Assembly (NCBI GenBank): GCA_043755885.1
Contig: JAYUSC010000582.1
Coordinates: forward strand, 1 to 40,265
DNA from: Pseudanabaena sp.
Lineage (GTDB): Bacteria; Cyanobacteriota; Cyanobacteriia; Pseudanabaenales; Pseudanabaenaceae
DNA length: 40,265 bases
Reading direction: 5' to 3'
Positions 27,412 to 37,286 of the stretch are shown piece by piece; the first letter of the stretch is position 1, and every line of letters begins with the position of its first letter. Under the pieces are notes generated by a model. The model was not told the DNA's origin and did not search any database. It worked only from the letters and a program-made list of their open reading frames with translations. The position numbers and the translations under genes are program-made.

Positions 27412-28662
27412 TTATTGCTGATCGAGTAATTTACTTTTAAAAGAATATTCATCGCTGACTACAGAAGAATAAACTTCTAAAGTCTGTGCAGCAACTTTTG
27501 ACCAAGTGAATTTCTCAGCGGCTAAAGATTTTGCCATAAGTCCTATTGATTTGGTCTTGTCTGAATGATCGAGAAGATCCATAATAATATTTGCAAGCTG
27601 GTTAGATTCTCCTGTTCTCAAAATGACAATATTATGTCCACTAACAAGTACACCTTTACCAAAAGTATCAGCATTTGACATCGTCAGAACTGGTTTGCCA
27701 AAGAGCATAGCTTCCATACAAGCAACACCAGGAGAATTTTTTCCCTGATCAGCCTGATCCAACCACATTGACTCTAATTCTGCCAATGCATGATACACGG
27801 GGACATGAGCGTATGGCTGTTTACCCGCAAAAACTACATTATCCTCAAGAGCAAGTTGTTTAACCAAATTGACTGGTCTTTGATCAGCTACATCTCCCAC
27901 AATTAGAAGCAGTATTTCAGGGAATTTCCTCCTTATTTCATCCATTGCACGAATTAGATCTAAGCGATTGCGTAAGGCGTGAACATGTCCGAGTGAGAGT
28001 ATTATGCGTCTTCCGTTAAGGCTGAAGCGCGTCACGATCTCTTTCTCAACTTCGACCCCTGGATGATCAGGTAAGCTAATACCGTAGGGAATGATGCCTC
28101 CATCGTTACGGTCAAATGCTTCACGCAAATAATCTTTGATATTCTCATCTGGGCAAATCACGGCGTTAACTCGTTTAACAACTATATGTCGCAAAAAAAA
28201 GCGATCGGCAGGATATAGGAAAAAGTTAAATGCACTAATACTATGCTTGATTACCGTATGGATAGTTAAAACGGCTGGTATATTCAACCGATGCTTCATC
28301 ACTACACCACTGAAAGCCATGTCGAACATATGGTTGTGTATATGTAAGATGTCAATGTCATGACTCTTTAGGATCGACTCAATACGGCGTAAGTTTGCTG
28401 GCCAAAAAGTCCAACTTAGCCAAGGGAAGTTAAGTGCAATTGACATTTTTGGCAACCGAAGTGTCGGAATACGGTAAACCTCAAAACCATCTATAACTTC
28501 ATGTTTAGGCGAGCTAGGATCTAAATGTGGGGTGATTATGACTATTTCATGTCCTAGTTCTGACAAAGCCTTTGCAAGCCCTTGCGTTTGTGTAGCTGAT
28601 CCAGTTGCAACTGGATGAAAAAGATTGGTCAGCATGGCAATACGCAATCGTTTGTTATTCAT
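27412..28662 (-). CDS. Glycosyltransferase family 4
   Basis: FHPVATGS, TIHT and SPGVACMEAMLFGKPV motifs. Confidence 0.88.
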   Translation of the reverse strand: MNNKRLRIAMLTNLFHPVATGSATQTQGLAKALSELGHEIVIITPHLDPSSPKHEVIDGFEVYRIPTLRLPKMSIALNFPWLSWTFWPANLRRIESILKSHDIDILHIHNHMFDMAFSGVVMKHRLNIPAVLTIHTVIKHSISAFNFFLYPADRFFLRHIVVKRVNAVICPDENIKDYLREAFDRNDGGIIPYGISLPDHPGVEVEKEIVTRFSLNGRRIILSLGHVHALRNRLDLIRAMDEIRRKFPEILLLIVGDVADQRPVNLVKQLALEDNVVFAGKQPYAHVPVYHALAELESMWLDQADQGKNSPGVACMEAMLFGKPVLTMSNADTFGKGVLVSGHNIVILRTGESNQLANIIMDLLDHSDKTKSIGLMAKSLAAEKFTWSKVAAQTLEVYSSVVSDEYSFKSKLLDQQ

Positions 28663-28761
28663 GAAACTTCCCGCTTGAGAATCTCTTTAAGTCCATAAAT
28701 GCTGATGAGAGTAATGATTGAGATTGGATACAAAAAATTTTCCTGCGTTAACAATCCTGAG

Positions 28762-29757
28762 TTATGACTTGAACATGGAAGGCATGACGGGAAGTTTGTT
28801 CTCATTAGAAGCGATCCATTCTATAGTCCTGCGTAGTCCTTCTTCAAGATCAATTTTTGATTCAAAGCCGATTAAGTCACGGGCTTTTCCGATTTTCGGT
28901 ATCCTGAGTTCTATGTCTGCTGACAATGCATCCCTAAATAAGATTTTTGAGCTAGCTCCAACAACGCGGCAAATTGTTTCGGCTAGTCCAAAAACAGTTG
29001 TGACAGCGCGAGCATTCCCAATATTGAAGGATTCACCGATCGCATCTGGGTGAGTCAATGCACACATAACACCTTCCACCATATCGTCAACATAGCACCA
29101 AGCACGGATTTGGCTGCCATCACCAAAAATAAGCAGGTCTTCATTTTTTAAGGCTTTACGGATAAATATCGACATAGCGCCTTCGCCTGTTTGCCCTGGA
29201 CCATAAATGTTGAACGGGCGGACTGTGACTGTCGGCAAACTGTACTGCTTGTGGTAGGCATATGCTAGATGCTCACCAGCCAGTTTGCTGACAGCATATG
29301 TCCAGCGAGCTTCACCTACAGCACCCGTTACTGTTTGCATCCCTTCATCCACCTTAAAAGCATGTGAGCCAAAAACTTCCGAGGTGGAAAATTCTAGGAA
29401 GCGCTCAACACCTCCTATTTGTTGAGCCGCCTCCAATGCGTTAGCAGTACCAATCATATTCACCCGCATTGTGCTAACTGGGCTACGAACTGTAGAGTCT
29501 ATTCCAGCGATCGCTGCTGCATGTACCACAATCTGGGTTCCCTTCATGGCAGACTTTAATTTATCAAAATCTAATACATCACCTTCAATTTGAGTAATGT
29601 TAGGGTGATGTGCATAGGCACTGTCCTTAAGTGTATTTCGGGTGTAGTTGTCGTAAACAATAATTTTGTTAGAGTCAGCAAGCCGAGAAATTAGCATACT
29701 GGCAATAAAGCCAGCACCGCCAGAAATAAAAATCTTTTTGTCAGTTATAGAATTCAT
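28762..29757 (-). CDS. NAD-dependent NDP-sugar epimerase/dehydratase
   Basis: [29 protein letters not shown] and GDGSQIR motifs. Confidence 0.92.
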   Translation of the reverse strand: MNSITDKKIFISGGAGFIASMLISRLADSNKIIVYDNYTRNTLKDSAYAHHPNITQIEGDVLDFDKLKSAMKGTQIVVHAAAIAGIDSTVRSPVSTMRVNMIGTANALEAAQQIGGVERFLEFSTSEVFGSHAFKVDEGMQTVTGAVGEARWTYAVSKLAGEHLAYAYHKQYSLPTVTVRPFNIYGPGQTGEGAMSIFIRKALKNEDLLIFGDGSQIRAWCYVDDMVEGVMCALTHPDAIGESFNIGNARAVTTVFGLAETICRVVGASSKILFRDALSADIELRIPKIGKARDLIGFESKIDLEEGLRRTIEWIASNENKLPVMPSMFKS

Positions 29758-29867
29758 CTTGAAATTTTAGTTGCCTTCAGGTAAAACCATCTTAATACTT
29801 AATTCAGCCCATCTATTTAACATAATTAACATAAGGAAGAGAATATTCCTCTTGCAAATTCTCATGA

Positions 29868-31022
29868 CTAAGCCTCGATGTCTTTTAAGCTTTTCACTAC
29901 ATATTCGTAATCCTCTAAGGTCATTAGGTTATGCATCGGGATTGCCATCGTATTATTATTACAGTCGCGTGCACCCACATAATCATCGGGTTTTAGACCA
30001 AAACGGTCACGGTAATAGCCGAGCATATGGACAGCGTGAGTGCCAGGTCTTGTGGCAATCCCTTGCGCTTGCAAACGATCCATAATTTGATTGCGAGGTA
30101 TCGGCGCTTTATCAGGATCAACATAAGTGACAAAGGCTTGCCAAGCGTGGGTGGTATCATGGTGTGGGAAGTGCGGCATCCGCAACCAAGGTATATCAGC
30201 TAAATTTTCACGATAGAATTTTGCCCATAACCCTCTCTCAGCAATAAATCGATCTAATTTACTTAACTGAACTAAGCCGACTGCACCTTGAATGTCTGTC
30301 ATGCGGTAATTGAAGCCGAGGAGATTAAAATCTGGCAGCAGATAAGGGTGTGAACCTTGAAGGCGCTGCTCTTCTGAGATGCTAGCTCCATGGTTACGCA
30401 GGATATTTATCTTCTCAGCCAAAGCGTCATTATTGGTCGTGACCATACCACCTTCTCCTGTCGTAATAGACTTACGTGGATGAAACGAAAAAGATCCAGC
30501 ATCAGCTAGCCCGCCAGCAGGAATCCCATTTAAGCTTGCGCCTGCGGCACAAGCGCAGTCTTCAAATAGAAGTACTCTAGATGGCAATATAGAACGGATA
30601 GAAAGTATGTCAACACATAATCCAAACAGGTGTACAGCGATTACAGCTTTCGTCTTAGATGTGATTCTCTTGGAGAGATCTTCAAGTGAAATATTATTAG
30701 TAGCAGGGTTGACATCCGCAAATACTGGGGTTGCGCCACAGTAAAGTACGGCATTTGCTGTAGCTACCCAAGTGAATGCAGGAACAATCACTTCATCCCC
30801 CGCACCAATACCAGAGGCTGCTAGCATCAAATGTATCGCTGTTGTACAACTAGTGGTAGCTATAGCATGTTTCACTCTGTGTCGCTCGGCAAATGCTTTC
30901 TCGAAAGCTGCTACTTTCGGTCCTTGAGTGAGCCAGCCAGTGTTTAATGGATCTCGAATAGCTTGCCACTCTTCATCTCCCGTGCTGGGCAAGGAGATTG
31001 CTATTTGCCGATTTTCTGTCAT
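29868..31022 (-). CDS. DegT/DnrJ/EryC1/StrS sugar aminotransferase
   Basis: GDEVIVPAFTWVAT, EDCACA, SFHPRKSITTGEGG and GFNYRM motifs. Confidence 0.93.
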   Translation of the reverse strand: MTENRQIAISLPSTGDEEWQAIRDPLNTGWLTQGPKVAAFEKAFAERHRVKHAIATTSCTTAIHLMLAASGIGAGDEVIVPAFTWVATANAVLYCGATPVFADVNPATNNISLEDLSKRITSKTKAVIAVHLFGLCVDILSIRSILPSRVLLFEDCACAAGASLNGIPAGGLADAGSFSFHPRKSITTGEGGMVTTNNDALAEKINILRNHGASISEEQRLQGSHPYLLPDFNLLGFNYRMTDIQGAVGLVQLSKLDRFIAERGLWAKFYRENLADIPWLRMPHFPHHDTTHAWQAFVTYVDPDKAPIPRNQIMDRLQAQGIATRPGTHAVHMLGYYRDRFGLKPDDYVGARDCNNNTMAIPMHNLMTLEDYEYVVKSLKDIEA

Positions 31023-31109
31023 GTTAAAGAGATATTTAGAGCTACAGCCATGTTTATGTATTCCAATATAGTTCTAATCCTGTACTTTTAGATGATCGAA
31101 ATTTTTGGA

Positions 31110-32273
31110 CTATTGAACAAGACATCCTTTGAGAGAGGATACGATTCTTTGGATGTTCTCTTCGTTTAGCTCAGCCCAAATCGGTAAGCTCAAAACCTGT
31201 GTCCCAAGCTTATCGCTAACTTCATTAGATGGATATTTACCAGCATAGATAGGCAAACGATCTTGAGGAATCGGGTAATAGATCATGGTGCTGATACCTT
31301 GGGCGGCAAGATCACTTGCGACTCGATCGCGATCGCCTTTAACAATCCGAATTGTATATTGGTGAAAAACGTGACCAGAGGTAATTTCAGGGGCGATAAC
31401 TTCAGGCATATCTGCTAGCAACTGGGTATATAAGCTTGCCACACGGCGACGACCTGCGTTCCATTCATCAATATGGGGCAACTTCACCCGCAGGATGGCA
31501 GCTTGCAAAGTATCCAAACGTGAGTTATAGCCAATTATTTCGTTGTGATATTTTTTCTTAGCACCATGAACACGCAGCATTCGCGATAGATCTGCGATCG
31601 CATCGTCATTAGTCGCAATTAAACCGCCATCGCCGTAAGCCCCAAGATTTTTAGAAGGGAAGAAAGAATAAGCGCCAACATCGCCAATTGTGCCTGTCAT
31701 TTTACCCGCGATCGCAGAGCGCACGGTGTCACTACAAGCACTATCACAACCTGAGCAAGCACCTGCATAACGAGCGCCAAAGGATTGAGCGCAGTCTTCG
31801 ATTACCTTCAGTCCATTTGCTTGAGCAATCTCCATAATCTGCGTCATGGCGGCAGGATTGCCATAGAGATGCACAGGCATAATTGCCTTAGTCCGCGATG
31901 TAATTTTGTCCTTGATTTTTGCAGGATCAATATTAAAAGTTTTGGGATCAATATCGACAAAGATAGGTGTAGCAGCGACACTACTAATTGATTCGGCTGT
32001 AGCAAAAAAGGAAAATGGCGTGGTAATCACTTCGTCACCAGCACCAATACCTAGCGATCGCAAGCCAATTACCAGCGCATCTGTCCCAGAGTTAACTGCG
32101 ATCGCATGTTTCACACCCAAATAACTAGCGACTTCTTGCTCGAACTGTTTAACATCAGGGCCCATGATAAACTGCCCTGACTCCAACACGCGATCGATCG
32201 CCGTATAAATTTCAGGTTTAAGGCTTTGGTATTGGGGATAGAGATCGAGAATTGGGATCTTTGGAATGCTCAT
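31110..32273 (-). CDS. DegT-family aminotransferase, WbpE-like
   Basis: NSGTDAL, EDCAQSFGA, SFFPSKNLGAYGDGG and GYNSRLD motifs; context with wbpA/B/D homologs. Confidence 0.92.
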   Translation of the reverse strand: MSIPKIPILDLYPQYQSLKPEIYTAIDRVLESGQFIMGPDVKQFEQEVASYLGVKHAIAVNSGTDALVIGLRSLGIGAGDEVITTPFSFFATAESISSVAATPIFVDIDPKTFNIDPAKIKDKITSRTKAIMPVHLYGNPAAMTQIMEIAQANGLKVIEDCAQSFGARYAGACSGCDSACSDTVRSAIAGKMTGTIGDVGAYSFFPSKNLGAYGDGGLIATNDDAIADLSRMLRVHGAKKKYHNEIIGYNSRLDTLQAAILRVKLPHIDEWNAGRRRVASLYTQLLADMPEVIAPEITSGHVFHQYTIRIVKGDRDRVASDLAAQGISTMIYYPIPQDRLPIYAGKYPSNEVSDKLGTQVLSLPIWAELNEENIQRIVSSLKGCLVQ

Positions 32274-32294
32274 ACTAACTTTTTGATTTCTTTA

Positions 32295-32399
32295 TAAGTA
32301 CCTCGGCATAATTAAAAACCCAGAGCTAAAACCTGTACCGCCCGCTTAGCGGGCGGTACAGGTTTTCGAGTTTTATATTTAATTGCGCCTAGTTACTTA
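32295..32399. mobile_element. About 105-bp MITE-like palindromic element with a central perfect 18-bp hairpin
   Basis: taagtacctcggcataattaaa and tttaattgcgcctagttactta are complementary at 18/22, with a possible TA duplication. Centre: aaaacctgtaccgcccgc-tta-gcgggcggtacaggtttt (32328-32366). Confidence 0.72.
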
Positions 32400-32416
32400 A
32401 ATCTACCTGATAATGA

Positions 32417-33337
32417 TCACAGGAATCTTTTTCTAATCGAACGACAAATAATATTCGGACTGATTAATTGCCCATTTATCTCAATCCACTTGATCCGCAA
32501 TTTACCTTCGCCTGTTGCCACCTCAACAAAATTATGACCTATAAGAGTAATTTGCCCTGGTATAGCCAAGAAATTTTCCTCTGCCGCCAATTCAGCATCC
32601 CAAATGATCAGTTTTTGAGATTCAAATTCACAGAATGCACCTGCATAAGGTTTATTACAAGCATTAATGAGACGCAAAATTTCAACATTACTTTTGCTCC
32701 AGTTAATGCGCCCATCCTCTGGCTTTCGAGGATAGCAGCGCAATGCATCTTTAGGGGCTTGGGATTGCTTTTCTAAAAAATAACTAGCGTTCTGTTCAAG
32801 ATGTTTCAGCGCATCTAAGAATAAGTTGGGAATCTGTTTACTCGCCCATGCGTAGATCTCTGTGACTTTTGTGTCAAGAGTCACGGGGTAATAATCACGA
32901 GCAATAATGTCACCACTATCAAGTTCTTCGCCAATCATTTTGTGGATACACAAACCAATCCGTTTTTCTCCATTTAAGATTGCCCATGCTTGGCAAGCAT
33001 TACCACGATAACGAGGTAAATCACCTGTATGTGCATTTAGGATACCTAGGGGAAAGAGGTTTATGATCGACTGCGGAATGATGCTGATGTAGTTCACACT
33101 AACGCCAATATCGATAGATGTGAAGCTTTTAATAATATCAACCGCATCCAAAATTCTAGGAGTGCAGATAAAAGGTATGTTCCAGTCTTTTGCAAGAGAC
33201 TGAAAATCTGATACATGCTTCGTGTACTCTGGTGCATCTTTTGCAGTAATAATCAGTCCAATTTCGTGTCCTTGTGACTTTAAATATAATGCGGTTTCAT
33301 AAAGAATTTCAGTTCGTCCAATAATTGCTATACGCAT
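32417..33337 (-). CDS. Sugar N-formyltransferase (Fmt-like fold)
   Basis: LNAHTGDLPRYRG, LDSGDII, RKPEDGRINW and PYAGAF motifs. Confidence 0.9.
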   Translation of the reverse strand: MRIAIIGRTEILYETALYLKSQGHEIGLIITAKDAPEYTKHVSDFQSLAKDWNIPFICTPRILDAVDIIKSFTSIDIGVSVNYISIIPQSIINLFPLGILNAHTGDLPRYRGNACQAWAILNGEKRIGLCIHKMIGEELDSGDIIARDYYPVTLDTKVTEIYAWASKQIPNLFLDALKHLEQNASYFLEKQSQAPKDALRCYPRKPEDGRINWSKSNVEILRLINACNKPYAGAFCEFESQKLIIWDAELAAEENFLAIPGQITLIGHNFVEVATGEGKLRIKWIEINGQLISPNIICRSIRKRFL

Positions 33338-34056
33338 TAAATTGATTTTAGTAAGGTTTTTAAGGCTGTCATAGTTCCTTCACCTCCATAGCGGTGCTTA
33401 ACTAATTCTTTTGGATTGTCATGGATTTTTCTGGTAGATTCATAGCGAGTAAGGGCTTCTGTATTTAAAAATATATGAATAGGGTGAAAATCAAAAACTT
33501 TTAGACCATCTCGCTGTGTTAATGGCTGGATTGATGTATTTGTATCATAAATACAAGCCACATCATCTTCCCAAAAGTACGGAACTTTAATCAGTCCATT
33601 CCAAAGATGCCATGGCTTTAGAGAGATCTGAGCTTGTTCGGGAATAAAATGATTGCAATCGTGAGTTAGGCCTTTCTTAACAAACAACTGGAGTAGATTA
33701 GAACTCTGCGTCATAGAGTGACTACGGATTGTTTTTGCCTCTGGAACAATCATAAGCAATCGATCAATCACTTCTTCAGCCGTTGCGCCATTCCTTGAAT
33801 CTCCATTTAAAAGAAAATTAAAGTTGGGATGAATCCCCAATTCAAATTTGGGGTTTTTACGCAGCTCATTTAATAGAGGCGTATCATGAGTAATAAACCA
33901 TGTGGCACAAATATCCTTTTGTTGGACTAAATCAATAGTATTTGCCAATACTTCATCACAAGCCCAATCAATATCAAAGGTAAGAAACAAAGATTCTTCC
34001 CAAGAAATATTTATCTCTGGGTTTATCTCCGTGATTTTTGCAAAACAGTTAGGCAT
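33337..34056 (-). CDS. Polysaccharide deacetylase-like protein (WbmS-like)
   Basis: LTFDIDW, ATWFITH, ELGIHPNF, RSHS, FWEDD and FHPIH motifs; stop/start overlap with the formyltransferase. Confidence 0.8.
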   Translation of the reverse strand: MPNCFAKITEINPEINISWEESLFLTFDIDWACDEVLANTIDLVQQKDICATWFITHDTPLLNELRKNPKFELGIHPNFNFLLNGDSRNGATAEEVIDRLLMIVPEAKTIRSHSMTQSSNLLQLFVKKGLTHDCNHFIPEQAQISLKPWHLWNGLIKVPYFWEDDVACIYDTNTSIQPLTQRDGLKVFDFHPIHIFLNTEALTRYESTRKIHDNPKELVKHRYGGEGTMTALKTLLKSI

Positions 34057-34098
34057 GAATTTAATGTAGAAAGTCGAGAATCAAGATTTTGGGTGCGC

Positions 34099-34713
34099 TC
34101 ATGCTAGTTTTTTGATTTTTTTACCCGATATTTTCTGGTATTTATCGCCGATCGCATCGACAGCGTATCCTTCAGAATCGAATTCAAGGACATCGCCATA
34201 CGCACTCATCCAGCCGATGATTTTAGCAGGAACACCTGCCACCATGGCATAGGCAGGAACATCTTTGGTGACAACTGCACCTGCGGCGACAAAGGCGCGT
34301 TCGTGCAGGGTGATGCCGCAGACAATCGTAGCATTTGCACCGATACTTGATCCATGTTTGATTAGCGTTGTCCCATAGTCGGCACTGGTATTGCGTGGAT
34401 ATTCGCAGCGCGGGGTTTTCACATTGGTAAACACCATGCTGGGACCACAAAACACATAGTCTTCTAAGATTACGCCTTCGTAGAGGGATACATTGTTTTG
34501 AATCTTGCAGCGATCGCCCACAATCACGTTGTCCGCGACAAATACATTTTGGGCAAGGATGCAGTTATTGCCAATCTTGGCTTTGCCCATAATATGGGAG
34601 AAATGCCAGATTTTTGTGCCTGCGCCAATGCTTGCACCTGCATCAACATAGGCGGACTCATGGGTGAAATAATCTAGTTGTTTGGGTGCATTAACAGAAC
34701 TAATCTCAGGCAT
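34099..34713 (-). CDS. WbpD/WlbB-like hexapeptide N-acetyltransferase
   Basis: TKIWHFSH, KIQNNVSLYEGV, FCGPSMVFTNV and GVPAKIIGWMS motifs. Confidence 0.92.
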   Translation of the reverse strand: MPEISSVNAPKQLDYFTHESAYVDAGASIGAGTKIWHFSHIMGKAKIGNNCILAQNVFVADNVIVGDRCKIQNNVSLYEGVILEDYVFCGPSMVFTNVKTPRCEYPRNTSADYGTTLIKHGSSIGANATIVCGITLHERAFVAAGAVVTKDVPAYAMVAGVPAKIIGWMSAYGDVLEFDSEGYAVDAIGDKYQKISGKKIKKLA

Positions 34714-35662
34714 TAATCGCCTCCTGTGCTTTTTCTAGAATTTCCACAACTGCCACACCATTCCAACCGTCCGAACGCGGACATTGGCGTGTCGCAATAC
34801 AATCGAGAAAATGCTGACATTCGATCTTTAGGGGTTCAGCAGCCGCAATTTCCACAATTTCACTGCCATGATCCTGATTGTTTAACTCAGCATCAATGGT
34901 CTTGTTATGAATTGTCACGGTCTGAGCAACCTCGTCGTAGACCAGCATTTGCTTTTCAGCAAGTACAACTGTAGACCGTTGGGACAATGGGTAATACCAA
35001 CACGTATGCACATGGGCAGTCTGTCCATCTGCAAATTGCAAATCCACATAAACATTATCAGCAATACCTGATTGCAACATGGCGTGTCCAGTTGCTTTAA
35101 CGGACTGTAGTTTTAAATTTCCCGATGAATTGCTCAGCAAATCCAAAATAACAGAGACATCATGGGGCGCAAATGACCACCAGACATTTTCTTCGCGACG
35201 GACTTTACCGAGTTTCACCCTTTGCGTAGACACATGAAATACTTTGCCAGCTTTGCCAGTCGCTAAATAGTCACGCATCCATGCGATCGCAGGTTGATAT
35301 AGCAATAAATGCCCCACCATCAAAATCCGATTTTGACTATCAGCATATTCGGCAAGGTGACGCGCCTCTGAGGTTTTGAGCGTCATCGGCTTCTCGACAA
35401 ACACATCTTTACCCGCTTGCAGAGCTTGCAGGACAAGCTTGTAATGGGATGGCGCAGGGGTGGCAAGCACGATCGCCGCGACATCTGTCTCTAGGGCTGC
35501 TTGTAGATCCTCGTATAGAGTCACATCAGGAAAATTTGTCGCTACTCCCGCACGCAAATCGGGACTCATTTCGGCAACTCCTGCTAACGCGCCGAGCGCA
35601 TAAAAATTGCGGACGAGGTTTCTGCCCCAACTGCCCGCACCAACCACAATGACTTTTTGCAT
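34706..35662 (-). CDS. Gfo/Idh/MocA oxidoreductase (WbpB/WlbA-like role)
   Basis: GAGSWG, VEKP, MVGH and APHD motifs. Start could also be ATG 35680. Confidence 0.9.
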   Translation of the reverse strand: MQKVIVVGAGSWGRNLVRNFYALGALAGVAEMSPDLRAGVATNFPDVTLYEDLQAALETDVAAIVLATPAPSHYKLVLQALQAGKDVFVEKPMTLKTSEARHLAEYADSQNRILMVGHLLLYQPAIAWMRDYLATGKAGKVFHVSTQRVKLGKVRREENVWWSFAPHDVSVILDLLSNSSGNLKLQSVKATGHAMLQSGIADNVYVDLQFADGQTAHVHTCWYYPLSQRSTVVLAEKQMLVYDEVAQTVTIHNKTIDAELNNQDHGSEIVEIAAAEPLKIECQHFLDCIATRQCPRSDGWNGVAVVEILEKAQEAINA

Positions 35663-35689
35663 AGGTAATTTTGAGATCATAACTGTAGT

Positions 35690-35726
35690 TAGCAAGAGAC
35701 ATACCCGATGGGTATGTCTCTTGCTA
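35690..35726. repeat. Perfect 17-bp inverted repeat between the first two cluster genes
   Basis: tagcaagagacataccc-gat-gggtatgtctcttgcta; no U-tract. Confidence 0.8.
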
Positions 35727-35730
35727 TGGT

Positions 35731-37071
35731 TTATAGGAGAGTCACCTTAGTGAGATCACATTTGAGGTGACGAGTTATACCACGTGTGTCGAGAACTGCT
35801 TGGGCTTTGCTTACAAGATATTCATAATCAATTTGACTATGGTCAGTCAAAATAATCACCATATCAGCCGATGCGATCGCTTGATCTGTAAGCGGAATAG
35901 ACTGAAAAACTTGACCACGAATCTTGATTTCAGAAACAAAAGGATCATGGTAAACAATATTTGCATGATCTTCGAGCAGTCGCTTAATCACATTAATTGC
36001 AGGTGATTCACGCCAATCATCAATGTTTTTTTTGTAGGCTACACCCATTACCAAAATGGTCGATCGCGACGGGGCAACTCCAACTTGATTAAGGACGCGC
36101 CAAGCCTTCTCACGCACAAATTCGGGCATCCGCCGATTAATTTCACCTGCGAGGGCGATGAAATGGGTTTCAAAGTTAAATTCCTTGGCTTTCCACTCTA
36201 AATAATGTGGATCGATGGGAATACAGTGCCCGCCCACTCCAGGACCTGGATAAAACGGCATAATCCCAAATGGCTTAGTATTTGCAGCATCTAATACTTC
36301 CCAAACATTAAGCCCCATGCGATCGCAAAGTATGGCTAACTCATTTACCAGCGCAATATTCACCGCCCGAAATGTGTTTTCAAAAACTTTGACTAGTTCT
36401 GCGGCTTTGGCACTGCTGACAGGTACTACATGATCAATAGTTTGCTCATAAAACAATTTGGCAATTGCCAAAGAATGCGGATCGGAAGCCCCAACTACTT
36501 TATTAGTGTTCTTCGTGGTGTAGCGCAAATTACCTGGATCAACTCGCTCAGGGGAATGGGCTAAGAAAAAATCTTTTCCTTGCTTTAGTCCGCTAACCTG
36601 TTCCAAGATTGGGCACATCACCTCATCAGTTGTCCCTGGATAGGTGGTCGATTCGAGAGTGATTAATTGACCTGCCCTCAAGTATTTGGCTAACTCGTGA
36701 GTAACAGACTCGATATAGCTGAGATTAGGGGTGAGATTTTTGGTAAGTGGAGTCGGCACACAAATGACGATCGCATCCATTTGTGATATCAGCTCGTAAC
36801 TAGTTACGGCTTTAAGCTTGCCACTTGCCACAATGGCTTTTAGTTCCTCGGTTTTGACGTCAGAAATATAGTTGTCGGCCGCATTTACCTGATTTGCTCG
36901 TTGAGGATTTTGCTCAAAGCCAACCACAGAATAGCCAACTTTTGCTTTTTCAACAGCAAAAGGTAACCCAACATAGCCAAGCCCAATAACGCCCACAAGG
37001 GCTGAATGATCTCTGATTTTGGTTTGCAGGTTTGCAAAAGTGGATGGTTGCTCCACGCTTATAGACTTCAT
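35731..37071 (-). CDS. UDP-N-acetylhexosamine 6-dehydrogenase (WbpA-like)
   Basis: GLGYVGLP, ICVPTP, ESTTYPGTT, SPERVDPG, KVFENTFRAVNIA and GGHCIPIDP motifs. Confidence 0.93.
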   Translation of the reverse strand: MKSISVEQPSTFANLQTKIRDHSALVGVIGLGYVGLPFAVEKAKVGYSVVGFEQNPQRANQVNAADNYISDVKTEELKAIVASGKLKAVTSYELISQMDAIVICVPTPLTKNLTPNLSYIESVTHELAKYLRAGQLITLESTTYPGTTDEVMCPILEQVSGLKQGKDFFLAHSPERVDPGNLRYTTKNTNKVVGASDPHSLAIAKLFYEQTIDHVVPVSSAKAAELVKVFENTFRAVNIALVNELAILCDRMGLNVWEVLDAANTKPFGIMPFYPGPGVGGHCIPIDPHYLEWKAKEFNFETHFIALAGEINRRMPEFVREKAWRVLNQVGVAPSRSTILVMGVAYKKNIDDWRESPAINVIKRLLEDHANIVYHDPFVSEIKIRGQVFQSIPLTDQAIASADMVIILTDHSQIDYEYLVSKAQAVLDTRGITRHLKCDLTKVTLL

Positions 37072-37286
37072 ACACACATATTTAATTGAAGTTGGCACTC
37101 ACATTGTTTAATGAGTCTATCTGAATCAGTAAGAGTACTGCCACTAACCTTACGGTATAGTGTCGGATGAATTCCTGTTAGTCCCTTAATTCTTGACATA
37201 CTTTTTAATCTGGTTAAGGGTCTCGCCGCCATACCTAGAAATTAAAAAGGCTATATTCATTTTGCGATCGCAATAGGAGAAACACT

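Noticed and set aside
28193-28200. A8 runs in coding regions (also 6262-6269) as phase-variation tracts
   Set aside because: They are short, expected in AT-rich DNA, and the frames are intact.
32417-33337. Housekeeping methionyl-tRNA formyltransferase (fmt)
   Set aside because: It lacks the typical N-terminal FMGTP motif, and its context and coupling to a deacetylase indicate a sugar formyltransferase.
37193-37225. TTGACA -35 box upstream of the GT2 at 37287
   Set aside because: No convincing -10 hexamer at canonical spacing.
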